A stretch of DNA of 64,000 nt. Origin: Gemmatimonadales bacterium (GTDB lineage: Bacteria; Gemmatimonadota; Gemmatimonadetes; Gemmatimonadales; GWC2-71-9). Made by a program: the position numbers and the translations under genes. Each line of letters starts with the position of its first letter. Within the stretch, counting starts at the first letter, position 1. The stretch covers positions 11,987-75,986 of the forward strand of contig JBDIWC010000014.1 in assembly GCA_039794085.1 (NCBI GenBank). Direction: 5' to 3'. Below, in pieces: positions 29,296-40,754 of this stretch. The notes under the pieces are model-generated. The model did not search any database and was not told the DNA's origin. It was given only the letters and a program-made list of their open reading frames with translations.

Positions 29296-31209
29296 ATGCC
29301 GACACCCCTGACCCGTCTCACCGAGCCCCTCGTCCGCGAGAACGGCCACCTCCGCCCCGCCACCTGGGACGAGGCCCTGGACCGTGCCGCCGGAGGGTTC
29401 CGGGCCGCCAAGGCCGCTCACGGCCCCGACGCCCTGGCCACCATGAGCTGCTCCAAGGCGAGCAACGAGGTGAACTACCTCGCCGCGAAGCTGACGCGGG
29501 TGGCCTTCGGGACCCACAACATCGACAGCTGCAACCGGACCTGACACGCTCCCAGCGTCGTCGGTCTGGCGACAGTGTTCGGAGCGGGCGGCGGAACCAC
29601 CTCCTACCGGGAGGTGGAGGAGACCGATGTGCTCTTCCTCTGGGGCGCCAACGTCCGGGAGAACCATCCGATCTTCTTTCATCACGTCCTCAAGGCGATT
29701 CACCGGGGGGCCCTGCTCTATGCTGTGGACCCCCGGCGGACCTCCTCCGCCCAGTGGGCCGACGAGTGGCTCGGGGTGAACGTGGGCACCGACATCGTGC
29801 TGGCCAACGCGATGGCCCGGGTGATCATCCACGCGGGGCTGGAGAACCGTGCGTTCATCGATCGGGCCACGACAGGGTTCGACGCCTATCGCGCGTGTGT
29901 GGAGAGCTACACCCTGGAGTACGCCGAGCGGACCACCGGGGTCCCGGCCGACGTGATCGCCCGGGCCGCCCGCGCCTATGCCCGTGCCGACCGGGCGGTG
30001 ATCTGCTGGACCCTGGGCATCACCGAACACCACAACGCGGTGGACAACGTACTCGCATTGATCAATCTCGCGTTGCTCACCGGGCATGTCGGTCGCTACG
30101 GGTCGGGGTTGAGCCCCCTGCGGGGCCAGAACAACGTGCAGGGCGGGGGCGACATGGGCGCCATTCCGAACCGCCTGGTGGGATTCCAGGACTGGACCAC
30201 CGATCCCGCCATCCGGGCCAAGTTCGAAAAGGCATGGGGGGTGCCCCTGGTCCCGACGTACGGCAAGCACCTGTCGCAGATGTTCGAGGCGATGGAACAC
30301 GGGGAACTCCGCGCGGTCTACGCGATCGGCGAGAACCCGGCGCGTTCCGAGGCCGACCAGGGACGGACCGAGCGCCTCCTCCAGGGGCTCGACCACCTGG
30401 TGGTGCAGGACATCTTCCTCACCCGCACCGCGGAGCTCGCGTCGGTCGTGCTTCCCGCCTCGGCCAGCTGGTGCGAGTCGGAGGGAACGGTGACCAGCAG
30501 CGAGCGGCGGGTGCAGCGGGTCCGCAAGGCACTCGATCCACCCGGCAACGCCCGGGATGATCGGTGGATCATCTGCGAGATCGCCCGGCGGCTCGGGCAC
30601 GACTGGGGACACCCGAGTGCGGAGGAGGTGTGGAATGAGCTTCGAGCCCTGGCGCCGATGGTGGCGGGGATGACGTACGAACGGCTGGAGAAGGAGGGCG
30701 GGATTCAGTGGCCCTGCCCCGATGAGCAACACCCCGGGGAACTCTTCCTGCACCGACGGCTCTGGGCCGAACCCCGTGAGGGTCCGGCCGCACCATTCAG
30801 CGTGGTGGAACATGACCCTCCGGTGGAGCTCCCCGACGCCCGATATCCCTTTCAGCTCACCACCGGGCGCCGGCTCGACTCGTACAACACGGGGGTTCAG
30901 TCGGGGGGATACACCAGCCCGCTTCGGCGCGGGGAAACCGCCGACATCTCCCCCGAAGATGCCACCCGCCTCGGCGTGGAGGACGGGGACCTCCTCCGGG
31001 TGACCTCGCGCCGTGGCAGCGTGGTGGCCCCGGCCCGGATCGACACCAGTCTCCGTGCGGGCCTCGTCTTCATGACCTTCCACTTCCAGGAGGAGGTGGC
31101 GACCAACCTCCTCACCATCGACGCGGTGGACCCGAAGTCGGGCACGGCCGAGTTCAAGGTGTGCGCCGTGCGACTGGAGCCGGTACACTCCCTCGCCGGA
31201 ACGAGGTGA
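29296..31209 (+). CDS. fdhF: Selenocysteine-containing molybdopterin formate dehydrogenase catalytic subunit
   Basis: Two in-frame ORFs joined by TGA 29542-29544 in DSCNRT-U-HAPSVVGL; PLRGQNNVQG; SECIS-like hairpin. Confidence 0.88.
29545..29577 (+). promoter_or_regulatory. Bacterial SECIS-like hairpin
   Basis: GTCGTC-GGTCT-GGCGAC stem-loop beginning 13 nt after UGA, GU in the apical loop. Confidence 0.7.
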
Positions 31210-31210
31210 C

Positions 31211-33073
31211 ATGGATCTTCGCTTTCACGACACTCCTCCCACCGATGCCGAACGCGAGGCCGTCGACGCCTTCCTGGGTGAGCCGCCCGACGGGTGGACC
31301 GGCGGCCCCCGGGAGGCGCGCGATGCCCACACCGCCGCGGGGGGGCAGGACGCGCGCGACCAGCGGCACCTGCTCCTCCCCGTGCTGCATGCGGTCCAGG
31401 AGCGGGTGGGGTGGATCAGCCCCGGCGCGCTGAACCACATCTGCCGCCGGCTCACCGTTCCTCCCGCCGACGCGTGGGGGGTCGCCACGTTCTACGCCCT
31501 CTTCCCCACGACGGAACGGCCCCCGCGGGTGGTGCACGTCTGTGACGACATCGCCTGCCGGGATCGAGGGGGCGAGGCGCTGTGTGCAGCGCTGGAAAAG
31601 GAGGTGGGACCAGCCGGCGCCGTGATCCCCGACGCCAACGCCACCTGGATGCGGAGCCCCTGCCTCGGCCTCTGTGACCACTCTCCCGCGGCGTTCCTGA
31701 CCCAGGCGGGTACGGAGCCCCTGGAGCGGTTGGCCGGTCCGATCACCACCGGTGACGTCGTGTCGATGGTGCACCATGGACCCGATGCCCCCCTGCCGGA
31801 ACGCGTTCCCATTCCCCAGGCGGGCGATCCCACCCTCCGGCTCCTCCGCCGCGTCGATGTGGCGGACCCGACCAACCTGGACGAGTACCGGGCTCACGGC
31901 GGATACGCGCCCCTGCGGCGCGCCCTGACTCTGGGCCCGGTGGGCGTGATCCGCGAGGTGACCGAATCGAAACTGGCGGGACGGGGCGGCGCCGCCTTCC
32001 CCACCGGCCGCAAGTGGGATGCGGTGGCTCGTCAGCCCGCGCGTCCGCATTATGTGGTGTGCAACGCGGACGAGTCGGAGCCCGGCACCTTCAAGGATCG
32101 GGTGCTGATGGAGGGCGACCCGTTCGCGGTGATCGAGGCGATGACCATCGCCGCCTTCGCCACGGGAGCGGAACAGGGCTTCATCTACCTTCGCGGGGAG
32201 TACCCGGTGGCGCGGGAGCGGCTCCACCATGCCATCGACACGGCCCGGGATAGAGGGTTTCTGGGAGACGGGATTCTGGGCACGGATTTCTCGTTCGACA
32301 TCGAGATCCGCAAGGGGGCCGGCGCCTACATCTGCGGCGAGGAAACGGCGATCTTCAATTCAATCGAGGGCTACCGCGGCGAACCGCGCAACAAACCTCC
32401 CTTCCCCGTCGAATCGGGCCTCTTCGGATGCCCGACCCTGATCAACAACGTCGAGACCCTGGTCAACGTGCTCGAGGTGCTCCGCATCGGCGGTCCCGCC
32501 TACGCGACGATCGGCACGCGCGGTTCCACCGGCACCCGCCTATTCTGCCTCTCCGGATCGGTGACCCGGCCCGGGGTGTACGAGGTGGAGCACGGAACCA
32601 CGCTTCGTGATCTCGTCACCCGGGCCGGTGGCGTGGCCGATGGTCGCCCCCTGCAGGCGATTCTCCTCGGCGGGGCCGCCGGGAGCTTCGTCACCCCGGC
32701 CGATCTCGATCTTCCCCTCACCTTCGAGGATGTCCGGACCGCGGGTGTGACCCTCGGCTCGGGTGTGGTGATGCTGTTCGACGACCGGGCGGACCTGCCC
32801 GCGACCCTGGCCCGGATCGCCGCGTTTTTCCGCGATGAATCGTGCGGGCAGTGCGTCCCCTGCCGGGTGGGAACGGTGCGACAGCAGGAAGTGCTGGCTC
32901 GCCTCGCCGTGGGACGACCCCACGGCTCTGTGGCCACCGAACTCGTCCTTCTCGACAACATCGCCCGGGCCATGAAGGACGCCTCGATCTGCGGCCTGGG
33001 CCAGACCGCGGCCAACGCGGTGGAATCGGCGATCACACGGCTCGGTCTCTACCGGACGGAGAGTGCCTCATGA
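31211..33073 (+). CDS. Fused NuoE-NuoF-like NAD(H)/FMN subunit of formate dehydrogenase
   Basis: VCDDIAC and PCLGLC 2Fe-2S motifs, GRGGAAFPTG, NADESEPGTFKDR, GAGAYICGEET, ESCGQCVPC. Confidence 0.92.
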   Translation: MDLRFHDTPPTDAEREAVDAFLGEPPDGWTGGPREARDAHTAAGGQDARDQRHLLLPVLHAVQERVGWISPGALNHICRRLTVPPADAWGVATFYALFPTTERPPRVVHVCDDIACRDRGGEALCAALEKEVGPAGAVIPDANATWMRSPCLGLCDHSPAAFLTQAGTEPLERLAGPITTGDVVSMVHHGPDAPLPERVPIPQAGDPTLRLLRRVDVADPTNLDEYRAHGGYAPLRRALTLGPVGVIREVTESKLAGRGGAAFPTGRKWDAVARQPARPHYVVCNADESEPGTFKDRVLMEGDPFAVIEAMTIAAFATGAEQGFIYLRGEYPVARERLHHAIDTARDRGFLGDGILGTDFSFDIEIRKGAGAYICGEETAIFNSIEGYRGEPRNKPPFPVESGLFGCPTLINNVETLVNVLEVLRIGGPAYATIGTRGSTGTRLFCLSGSVTRPGVYEVEHGTTLRDLVTRAGGVADGRPLQAILLGGAAGSFVTPADLDLPLTFEDVRTAGVTLGSGVVMLFDDRADLPATLARIAAFFRDESCGQCVPCRVGTVRQQEVLARLAVGRPHGSVATELVLLDNIARAMKDASICGLGQTAANAVESAITRLGLYRTESAS

Positions 33074-34005
33074 CCGGCTTCGTGCAGATCGCCCCACCCC
33101 GCCGCCTGGTGACCCTGACCGTGGATGACCAGCAGGTACAGGTCCCCGAAGGGAGCACCCTTCGCGACGCCTGTGAGCTCGCCGGGAAGGCGATCCCCAC
33201 CCTCTGTTACATCGAGACGCTGCATCCGGTCAACGTCTGCCGCATCTGTGTTGTGGAGGTGGAGGGATCCCGGGTGCTCGTCCCCTCCTGTTCCCGCCAC
33301 GCCGAGGAGGGGATGGTGGTGCGGACCGACTCGGACCGGGTGCGGCACAGCCGGCGCATGGTCCTCGAGTTTCTCGGCTCGTCCGTGGACCTCTCGACGG
33401 CGCCCGGGGTGGCCGACTGGATGGCCGAGTACGGAGCCGATCCCGATCGGTACGGTCCCGCCGCGGCTCCGGCCGCCGCCAATGGCCGGGATCATCTCCC
33501 GCCCGGACATCATCATCCACCCGATCCCGCGCACCGGGCCACGGTGGCCCAGCCGGTCAAGGTGGACAACGAGCTCTATGTCCGCGACTACGGCAAGTGC
33601 ATCCTCTGCTACAAGTGCGTGGAGGCGTGCGGGGAGGACGCCCAGAACACCTTCGCGATCGCGGTGGCGGGCCGCGGGTTCGATGCCCGGATCTCCACGG
33701 AGTTCGCCGTGGAGCTCGGCGACTCCGCGTGCGTGTACTGCGGCAATTGCGTGGCGGTCTGCCCCACGGGAGCCCTCATGGGTGTGGCGGAGTTCGAGCA
33801 TCGCCAGGCCGGCACCTGGGACGAATCGGCCCAGACCGTCACCCGAACGGTGTGTCCCTACTGCGGCGTGGGGTGCAACCTGGAGCTGCATGTGCAGAAC
33901 AACGAGATCGTGAAGGTGACCTCGCCGGTGGACCACGACGTGACGTCGGGGAATCTCTGCATCAAGGGCCGGTTCGGCTGGCAGTATGTACAGAATAGGA
34001 CATAG
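33070..34005 (+). CDS. NuoG-N-like Fe-S subunit with C-terminal molybdopterin Fe4S4 domain
   Basis: IPTLC..VCRIC..PSC, CILCYKCVEAC, CVYCGNCVAVC, CPYCGVGC..LCIKGRFG. Confidence 0.92.
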   Translation: MTGFVQIAPPRRLVTLTVDDQQVQVPEGSTLRDACELAGKAIPTLCYIETLHPVNVCRICVVEVEGSRVLVPSCSRHAEEGMVVRTDSDRVRHSRRMVLEFLGSSVDLSTAPGVADWMAEYGADPDRYGPAAAPAAANGRDHLPPGHHHPPDPAHRATVAQPVKVDNELYVRDYGKCILCYKCVEACGEDAQNTFAIAVAGRGFDARISTEFAVELGDSACVYCGNCVAVCPTGALMGVAEFEHRQAGTWDESAQTVTRTVCPYCGVGCNLELHVQNNEIVKVTSPVDHDVTSGNLCIKGRFGWQYVQNRT

Positions 34006-34030
34006 GACATAGGACATAGGACGTAGGACG
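33996..34030. repeat. Heptamer repeat (TAGGACA/G) x5
   Basis: Same family as 3075-3144; contains the stop codon of the upstream gene. Confidence 0.9.
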
Positions 34031-34087
34031 TAGCGGCGCCTCATGGGACGCCCTGAAAATCGGGAACGGCCCGTAGGCCGGGGGGCG

Positions 34088-35011
34088 TCAACCCGCGGTG
34101 ATGCGTTCCGGGCCGCTGTATACCGTCAACCGGTCTCCCCGGGCGAAGCCGACCAGGGTCAGGCCCGCCTCGGTCGCCAGGCGCACCGCGAGCCCCGTCG
34201 GTCCCGAGATCGCGGCCAGGAGGGGTGCGCCGAGCAGGGCGGCCTTCTGTACCATCTCGAAGCTGGCCCGGCTCGTCACCACCACGAATCCTTCCGCAGT
34301 GTCCAAGTCCGCTCGCAGGACCGTCCCGACCAGCTTGTCGAGGGCGTTGTGTCTCCCGACATCTTCCCGCGCCAGAAGGATGGAGCCATCCCGGGCGGCC
34401 CAGCCCGCGGCGTGCACCGCACCGGACGCCCGGTTCAGCACCTGATAATCGCCGAGTTCCTTGAACGCGCGGTTGATCGCGGCAGGAGAGATGGGGGTTC
34501 CCTCCGGCACCCGATGTACCGGCCGGACCACGGCGGCGATGCTGTCGGCGCCGCAGATCCCGCACCCGGTCCGACCGGCGAGGCGACGGGTCCGGCCGGC
34601 GATGACAGTTTCGCACGACTCGGTCACCGTGACGTTGAGTTCCACACCCTGACTGTACTTTTCCACGCGTACGTCGAGGAGATCGTGCCGGGACGGAATC
34701 AACTCCTCCGTGATGCTGAAGCCAAGGGCAAAGTCCTCCAGATCCTTCGGCGTGGCCATCATGACCACATGCGGAATCCGGTTGTAGACGATGGCGACCG
34801 GTGTTTCCTCGATCACCTCCTCGGACACGGAGGTACCGACCCCGCCGACCCACCGTGTGGCGGGCACGGTGACAAGTTCCCCACGGTGGTCAGGAATGCT
34901 CCGCCGGGATGGGGCAGGAGCGGGTCCAGGCATGGAGGTATCGTCCGCCGATGGCATGATCGTTCCGGATCCGGTTCCCTCAATCATAGCCCCACGACCG
35001 GTCCCGGTCAC
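34088..35011 (-). CDS. fdhD: Formate dehydrogenase accessory sulfurtransferase
   Basis: EETPVA, MMATP, GCGICG, GAVHAAG, REDVGRHNALDKL; start uncertain. Confidence 0.95.
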   Translation of the reverse strand: MTGTGRGAMIEGTGSGTIMPSADDTSMPGPAPAPSRRSIPDHRGELVTVPATRWVGGVGTSVSEEVIEETPVAIVYNRIPHVVMMATPKDLEDFALGFSITEELIPSRHDLLDVRVEKYSQGVELNVTVTESCETVIAGRTRRLAGRTGCGICGADSIAAVVRPVHRVPEGTPISPAAINRAFKELGDYQVLNRASGAVHAAGWAARDGSILLAREDVGRHNALDKLVGTVLRADLDTAEGFVVVTSRASFEMVQKAALLGAPLLAAISGPTGLAVRLATEAGLTLVGFARGDRLTVYSGPERITAG

Positions 35012-35592
35012 GCCGTGTCGCGCGACAGGTCGAAGAGATGCATCGCCGCGAACGCACTGGGAAAGGTCTCCGTGGACATGGTTCCATCCCGGTGTTCAAC
35101 CGTGACGGTCACCGTGACCGGTCGCCGCGGGGAGGGCTCCGAGGATGGCTCACGTGACCCCGTCGGCGAGAGGTACTCGACAATGGCCTCCGCGGTGACC
35201 CCCGCTTCCCGCAGGCTCTCCGCCGCCATCCCCCTCTCCGCGCGGAGCAAGGCAAGCACCAGGTGCCCAGTCCCGAGAAGGGTGTGTTCGAGTTCACGGC
35301 AGGCCACCACCGCCCGTTCGATCGCCTGTTGTGCCCCGGCCGTGTAGGGAAGGTCACTCAGCCGACTTGCACCGGGGTTTCCCGGAGGCGCCCGTTCCTC
35401 CAGGACCCGACGCAACGCACCGCAGTCGATCGCGAGCCGGTCGAGAATGACCCGTGCGTCGCATTCGTCCTGGCGCAGAATCCCGAGCAGAATGTGATGG
35501 GTATCGACGGCGGGGTGAAAGAGGCGGCTCGCCTCCTCTCGTGACGCCTGAACGGCTCGTCGAACGGTGCGGGTGAAGGAGACGTCGTTCAT
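35008..35592 (-). CDS. Stand-alone Clp N-terminal (double Clp-N) domain protein
   Basis: FT..EEA..HHILLGIL and LPYT..GTGHLVLALL repeats, no AAA domain. Confidence 0.85.
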   Translation of the reverse strand: MNDVSFTRTVRRAVQASREEASRLFHPAVDTHHILLGILRQDECDARVILDRLAIDCGALRRVLEERAPPGNPGASRLSDLPYTAGAQQAIERAVVACRELEHTLLGTGHLVLALLRAERGMAAESLREAGVTAEAIVEYLSPTGSREPSSEPSPRRPVTVTVTVEHRDGTMSTETFPSAFAAMHLFDLSRDTA

Positions 35593-35664
35593 GCCGATTC
35601 CCCCCGGCGGGGGGGGGAGGGGCCCTACCCCCTCTCCCCCACTCCCTATTCCCTGTTGTTTCCA

Positions 35665-35738
<74 letters not shown>

Positions 35739-35822
35739 GCACTCCTGCGGAAGCAATGCACAATAGCGGCCTCCGGGGCCGGAGGCAAGCCTCCCGCCCC
35801 GGACAGGGTGGCCGTCACCCGA

Positions 35823-36020
35823 TCACTCGTCCTCGTCGAGGTCGTCGAGATCGTCCTCGTCCTCGTCGTCGAGATCGTCCTCATCCTCGTCGTCGAGATC
35901 GTCCTCGTCCTCGTCCTCCTCGTCATCGTCGTCAAAACTGAACCCGTCGTCCTCAAACTCATCGTCGTCGAAACTCCGACGCATCTCGAGCTCATCCAAC
36001 GACGCCTGCCAGGCCGACAT
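35823..36020 (-). CDS. Very acidic 65-aa protein with EDEDDLDD repeats
   Basis: GGAGGAG SD, ATG, 24-bp imperfect tandem repeats. Confidence 0.6.
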   Translation of the reverse strand: MSAWQASLDELEMRRSFDDDEFEDDGFSFDDDDEEDEDEDDLDDEDEDDLDDEDEDDLDDLDEDE

Positions 36021-36106
36021 GTTGCTCCTCCACGCGTGGTGTGGTGTTGAACGCCCCTCTTCCCGTTCCTGCCCCGGGACCGTTCCCGGGATCTTCAGCC
36101 GACGCG

Positions 36107-37954
36107 TCAGGACGCGTCCGCCACCCGGGCCGCCCGGGCCGCCTTCTTGCGGTCATTGGCCTGGAGCACCCGCTTGCGCAGGCGGATCCGCTCCGGGGTG
36201 ACCTCGATCAGTTCATCTCCCTCGATGTACTCCAACGCGTACTCCAGGGTGATCTGCCGGGGGGTTTCCAGCATCACGTTGTCGTCCGAGGCGGTGGTTC
36301 GCATGTTGGTGAGCTTCTTCTCCTTGCTCACGTTCACGTCCATGTCCTCGGGGCGGCTGTTTTCGCCCACGATCATCCCCTCGTACACCGTGATCCCCGG
36401 CGCCACGAACATCTGGGCCCGTTCCTGCAGGTTGCCCAGCGCAAAGGCGACCACCGAGCCCTCCCGATCCGCCACCAGCACCCCCCGCTTCCGCCCGCTC
36501 AGGGGACCGGCCCAGGGACCGTATTCCAGGAACCGGTGGTGCATCATGCCGGTGCCACGGGTGTCGGTCAGGAACTCCGACCGATATCCGAAGAGGCCCC
36601 GGGCCGGAACCTTGAACGTCATACGAACTGTACCCAGTCCCTGGTTTCGCATCTCCGACATTTCGGCCCGGCGGGGGCCCAGCTTTTCCATGACCGCCCC
36701 CATGTACTCCTCGGCCACGTCTACGGTCAGTTCCTCGTACGGTTCCAGGCGTTCTCCCCCCGGGCCCTCCCGGGTAATCACCCGGGGCCGGGACACCTGG
36801 AACTCATATCCCTCCCGCCGGATGGTCTCCATCAGGATGCCAAGATGCAGTTCCCCGCGCCCCGACACGGTATGGGTGTCGGGAGAGTCGGTTGGCTCCA
36901 CCCGCAACGCCACATTGCGTTCCAGTTCCCGGAAGAGCCGGTCCTTGAGCTGGCGGCTGGTGACGTACTTGCCCTCGCGGCCGGCAAAGGGCGAATTGTT
37001 GACGATGAAGTCGACCGAGATGGTCGGCTCCTCGACCGCGATTCCCTCCAGGCGCTCCGGGGTACCCGGGGCGGTGATGGTCTTGCCGATCTCGATGCCT
37101 TCGAAGCCGGCCAGCACCACGATGTCCCCCGCGGAGGCCTCGTCCACTTCCACCTTGGAAAGCCCGTCGAAGGTGAACAGCTTGGTGATCCGGCTCCGCT
37201 CGATCTCCTCCTCAGCCACGAGACCGGGCGTACCCAGAGGGAGCAGGGCGACGGGATCTCCCACCCGCACCCGTCCCCGTTCGATCCGTCCAATGGCCAT
37301 TCGGCCGAGATAGGCCGAAAAGTCCAGTGTGGAGATGAGCATCTGGAACGGCCCCTCGGGGTCTCCCTGGGGAGCCGGGATGTGCGTCAGAATCGTTTCG
37401 AAGAGCGGGCTCAGGTCGGTCCCGGGCTGGTCGAGATCCGCGGTGGCCGTCCCCGCGCGGCTCGACGTGTAGAAGAACTGGGCGTCGAGCTGGTCGGAGG
37501 TCGCCTCCAGGTCCATGAAGAGCCCGAGGACCTCGTCGTGCACCCGGTGCGGTTCGGCGTCCCCCCGGTCGATCTTGTTGATGGCCACGATTGGCTGTAG
37601 ACCAAGAGCCAGCGCCTTCCGGGTGACGAACCGGGTCTGCGGCATCGGGCCCTCGGCGGCATCCACCAGGATCAGCACCCCATCCACCATCCGCAGAATC
37701 CGCTCCACCTCGCCCCCGAAGTCGGCATGGCCGGGGGTGTCGACGATGTTGATCTTGGTGTCGCCCCAGTGGACCGAGGTGTTCTTGGCGAGAATGGTGA
37801 TCCCGCGTTCCTTTTCCAGCGGGTTGGAATCCATCACCCGCTCCTCCACCTGCTGGTTGGCCCGAAAGGCCCCCGCCTGGCGAAGCATCTGGTCGACCAG
37901 GGTCGTCTTCCCGTGGTCCACGTGGGCGATGATGGCAATGTTCCTGATACGCAC
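36107..37954 (-). CDS. typA: Translational GTPase TypA/BipA
   Basis: [38 protein letters not shown]. Confidence 0.97.
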   Translation of the reverse strand: MRIRNIAIIAHVDHGKTTLVDQMLRQAGAFRANQQVEERVMDSNPLEKERGITILAKNTSVHWGDTKINIVDTPGHADFGGEVERILRMVDGVLILVDAAEGPMPQTRFVTRKALALGLQPIVAINKIDRGDAEPHRVHDEVLGLFMDLEATSDQLDAQFFYTSSRAGTATADLDQPGTDLSPLFETILTHIPAPQGDPEGPFQMLISTLDFSAYLGRMAIGRIERGRVRVGDPVALLPLGTPGLVAEEEIERSRITKLFTFDGLSKVEVDEASAGDIVVLAGFEGIEIGKTITAPGTPERLEGIAVEEPTISVDFIVNNSPFAGREGKYVTSRQLKDRLFRELERNVALRVEPTDSPDTHTVSGRGELHLGILMETIRREGYEFQVSRPRVITREGPGGERLEPYEELTVDVAEEYMGAVMEKLGPRRAEMSEMRNQGLGTVRMTFKVPARGLFGYRSEFLTDTRGTGMMHHRFLEYGPWAGPLSGRKRGVLVADREGSVVAFALGNLQERAQMFVAPGITVYEGMIVGENSRPEDMDVNVSKEKKLTNMRTTASDDNVMLETPRQITLEYALEYIEGDELIEVTPERIRLRKRVLQANDRKKAARAARVADAS

Positions 37955-38045
37955 GATACGTCCAATCTGGGGCCTGCTCGCAGGGGGCACACTGCCCCAT
38001 GTCCTTGGCGGGCCATATATAGGGGCCGGAGGCCCGGAATTCAAG

Positions 38046-39377
38046 TCATGACCACGCGGGTCGGGGCCCGCGAACGCGGACCGCCTCGGCGTGTCCCTCC
38101 AGTCCTTCGGCCGTGGCCAGGGCGATGATCGCTCCGGAATCCCTGGCCAGACGTTCCGGGCTGTATCGTACCACACTGGTCCGGGTCACGAAATCGTAGA
38201 CGCCGAGCGGGGAGGCGAACCGCGCCGTCCCCCCGGTGGGTAGCACATGGCTGGGTCCGGCCACATAGTCACCCACCGGCTCCGGCGTGTGGTGACCCAG
38301 AAAGACCGCCCCGGCATGCCGGATCTGCTCCAGCACCCGTTCCGGCTCCCTGGTGACGATCTCCAGGTGTTCGGCCGCACGGGCGTTTGCCACCTCGATC
38401 GCTTCGGCGAGCGTTTCCGCCACCACCAGCACGCCGTTCCGCTCCAGCGCCACCCTCGCGATGGAGGCCCGGGGCGCGGTGGCCAGGGCTCGCCCCACGG
38501 CGGCCGGCAGGGCTGCAGCGAGTGCCGGAGACGTGGTGACACACCAGCAGGAGGCGTCCTCGTCGTGCTCGGCCTGGGCGATGAGGTCGCGGGCGGTGTG
38601 GTCCGGGTTGGCTGAATCGTCGGCGAGGATGAGGACCTCGGTGGGGCCGGCGATCATGTCGATTCCCACGACCCCCACCACCTGGCGTTTGGCCTCGGCC
38701 ACCCACTTGTTCCCGGGCCCCACCACCTTGTCGACTCGAGGGACCGTCTCCGTTCCCAAGGCGAGCGCCGCCACCGCCTGGGCCCCGCCAATCCGGAAGA
38801 CCCGGGTGACACCGGCCAGGGCGCAGGCGGCGAGGACGGCATCGGTCACCCCGGCGGGCGGAACCACGGCGATGATCTCTCCGACCCCGGCCACCCGGGC
38901 CGGGACCGCGTTCATGATCACCGACGAGGGATACGAGGCCTTGCCCCCGGGCACGTACAGGCCCACCCGGTCGAGTGGCCGCACCCGCATGCCGAGGAGG
39001 GTGCCATCTTCCTCCCGGAGCATGAAGCCGGTTTCAACCTGGTGACGATGGAAGGTTTCCACGCGGAGGACCGCCAGCTCAAGGGCTTCCCGCAGGGGAG
39101 CCGAAAGCCGGTGGAGGGCCTCGTCCCAGGCCGCGCGGGGAATCTCCCACTCCCCGGGGTTCAGGTCCACGCCGTCGAACCGGGCGGTGAGCGCCCTCAC
39201 GGCGGCGTCCCCCTGCTCCCGAACCTGGTGGATGATGTGGGTGACCCCGGCCACCACCTCGGGGGCCGGTAGCGCCCCCGCCGGGAGGAACGGCGTCACC
39301 CGGTCGACCGGCGGAACCTGGACGGTCCGCAGGGGAACCGGGGTTCCCTCCCCTGCCACCGTGGCTGTACCCTTCAT
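38046..39377 (-). CDS. hisD: Histidinol dehydrogenase
   Basis: [44 protein letters not shown]; start may be downstream. Confidence 0.97.
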   Translation of the reverse strand: MKGTATVAGEGTPVPLRTVQVPPVDRVTPFLPAGALPAPEVVAGVTHIIHQVREQGDAAVRALTARFDGVDLNPGEWEIPRAAWDEALHRLSAPLREALELAVLRVETFHRHQVETGFMLREEDGTLLGMRVRPLDRVGLYVPGGKASYPSSVIMNAVPARVAGVGEIIAVVPPAGVTDAVLAACALAGVTRVFRIGGAQAVAALALGTETVPRVDKVVGPGNKWVAEAKRQVVGVVGIDMIAGPTEVLILADDSANPDHTARDLIAQAEHDEDASCWCVTTSPALAAALPAAVGRALATAPRASIARVALERNGVLVVAETLAEAIEVANARAAEHLEIVTREPERVLEQIRHAGAVFLGHHTPEPVGDYVAGPSHVLPTGGTARFASPLGVYDFVTRTSVVRYSPERLARDSGAIIALATAEGLEGHAEAVRVRGPRPAWS

Positions 39378-39380
39378 GAT

Positions 39381-40706
39381 ATGGAACCTCCCTTAACCTC
39401 GACCGGGTCGGTCCCGATCCTCCTCGGATCGGTCCTCGTCCTGGCCCTGGTGCTCACCAATGCCTTTTTTGTGGCCGCCGAATTTGCCCTGGTCGGGGCG
39501 CGTCCGAGCCGCCTGGAAGACCTCTCCCGGTCGGGTGACCGCAAAGCTACCCTGGCCCTCCGGGCGGTACAATCGCTCGACAAGTACATCTCCGCGACCC
39601 AGTTGGGCATCACCCTCGCCTCCCTGGGGCTCGGGTGGATCGGGGAGCCGGCCCTGGCGCACTTTTTCGACGGCATCTTCGAGCAGGTGGGAATCTCCCT
39701 GGACCCGGTGGCCGCCCATGGCATCGCGGTCGCGGTGGCCTTCAGCATCATCACACTCCTGCACATCATCCTGGGGGAGCTGGTGCCGAAGGCGGTGGCC
39801 CTCCTCTACCCGGAAACCGTGAGCATGTACGCGGTGCCACCCCTCCTCGCGTTCGCGTGGGTGATGGCGGTTCCCATCCGGATTCTCAACGGCACCGCGA
39901 ACTGGCTCCTGCGCCACTCGGGGCTGTCGGTTCCCGGGGAGCACGAGCGGATGCACTCCCCGGAGGAGATCCGGATGCTGGTCGAGCAGAGCACCGAGGG
40001 AGGGTCGCTGGGCAAGGAGGACGCCCGCCTCCTCGAAGGGGTCTTCGAGTTCAGCGAGAAGAGCGCCGAGGACGTGATGACACCCCGGACGCGGATGTTC
40101 GCGCTCGAGCGGTCTCTCTCCGCTCCCGCCGCCGCGGATGCGGTGGCCGCGTCGGGCCGGTCGCGCTACCCGGTGCACACCGGGTCCCTCGACGAAATCG
40201 TGGGGGTGGTGCATGCCAAGGACATCCTGAGCGCGCTGCGGACCCGGCCCGACGCGACCGTGGGCGACCTGATGCGCGCTCCCCTCTTCGTTCCCGGAAC
40301 CCGCGAAGTGGAGGACGTGCTGGCGGACATGAAGCGGCTCAAGGTTCACCTGGCCGTGGTGCTCGACGAGTATGGCGGCACGGCCGGGCTCGTCACCATG
40401 GAGGACCTGCTGGAGGAGATCGTGGGGCCCATCTTCGACGAGCACGACCTGCCCGACGTCGTCGTTCCCGAGGGCGAGGCCGTGACCCTGGACGGGTCCA
40501 CCCCGATCAGCGAGTTCAACACCGCGTGGGACACCGAGATCCCCGACGACGACTACACCACCCTCGGCGGCTTCCTCTTCGGCCAGCTCGGTCGGCTGCC
40601 GGTCGTGGGCGACCGGATCCCGGTCGCCGGACGGGTGTTCGAGATCGTCGCGATGGAGGGCCGCCGGGTTCAGCGGGTCCGGCTGCTGGACCAGCAGCCG
40701 GCCTGA
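39381..40706 (+). CDS. Hemolysin/CNNM family protein (DUF21-CBS-CorC)
   Basis: FFVAAEFA, QLGIT, GELVPK, VLDEYGGTAGLVTMEDLLEEIVG. Confidence 0.93.
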   Translation: MEPPLTSTGSVPILLGSVLVLALVLTNAFFVAAEFALVGARPSRLEDLSRSGDRKATLALRAVQSLDKYISATQLGITLASLGLGWIGEPALAHFFDGIFEQVGISLDPVAAHGIAVAVAFSIITLLHIILGELVPKAVALLYPETVSMYAVPPLLAFAWVMAVPIRILNGTANWLLRHSGLSVPGEHERMHSPEEIRMLVEQSTEGGSLGKEDARLLEGVFEFSEKSAEDVMTPRTRMFALERSLSAPAAADAVAASGRSRYPVHTGSLDEIVGVVHAKDILSALRTRPDATVGDLMRAPLFVPGTREVEDVLADMKRLKVHLAVVLDEYGGTAGLVTMEDLLEEIVGPIFDEHDLPDVVVPEGEAVTLDGSTPISEFNTAWDTEIPDDDYTTLGGFLFGQLGRLPVVGDRIPVAGRVFEIVAMEGRRVQRVRLLDQQPA

Positions 40707-40754
40707 CCCGCCGGACCCGGCGGCCCTCCATCGCCCCGATTATCTTGGGCTGCC

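Noticed and set aside
29296..29544. Separate 82-aa gene or nonsense pseudogene
   Set aside because: The TGA is at the catalytic Sec position with a SECIS-like hairpin
35600..35664. Island attachment site at the tRNA-Ile 3' end
   Set aside because: No adjacent integrase and no duplicated tRNA 3' fragment noticed in the window
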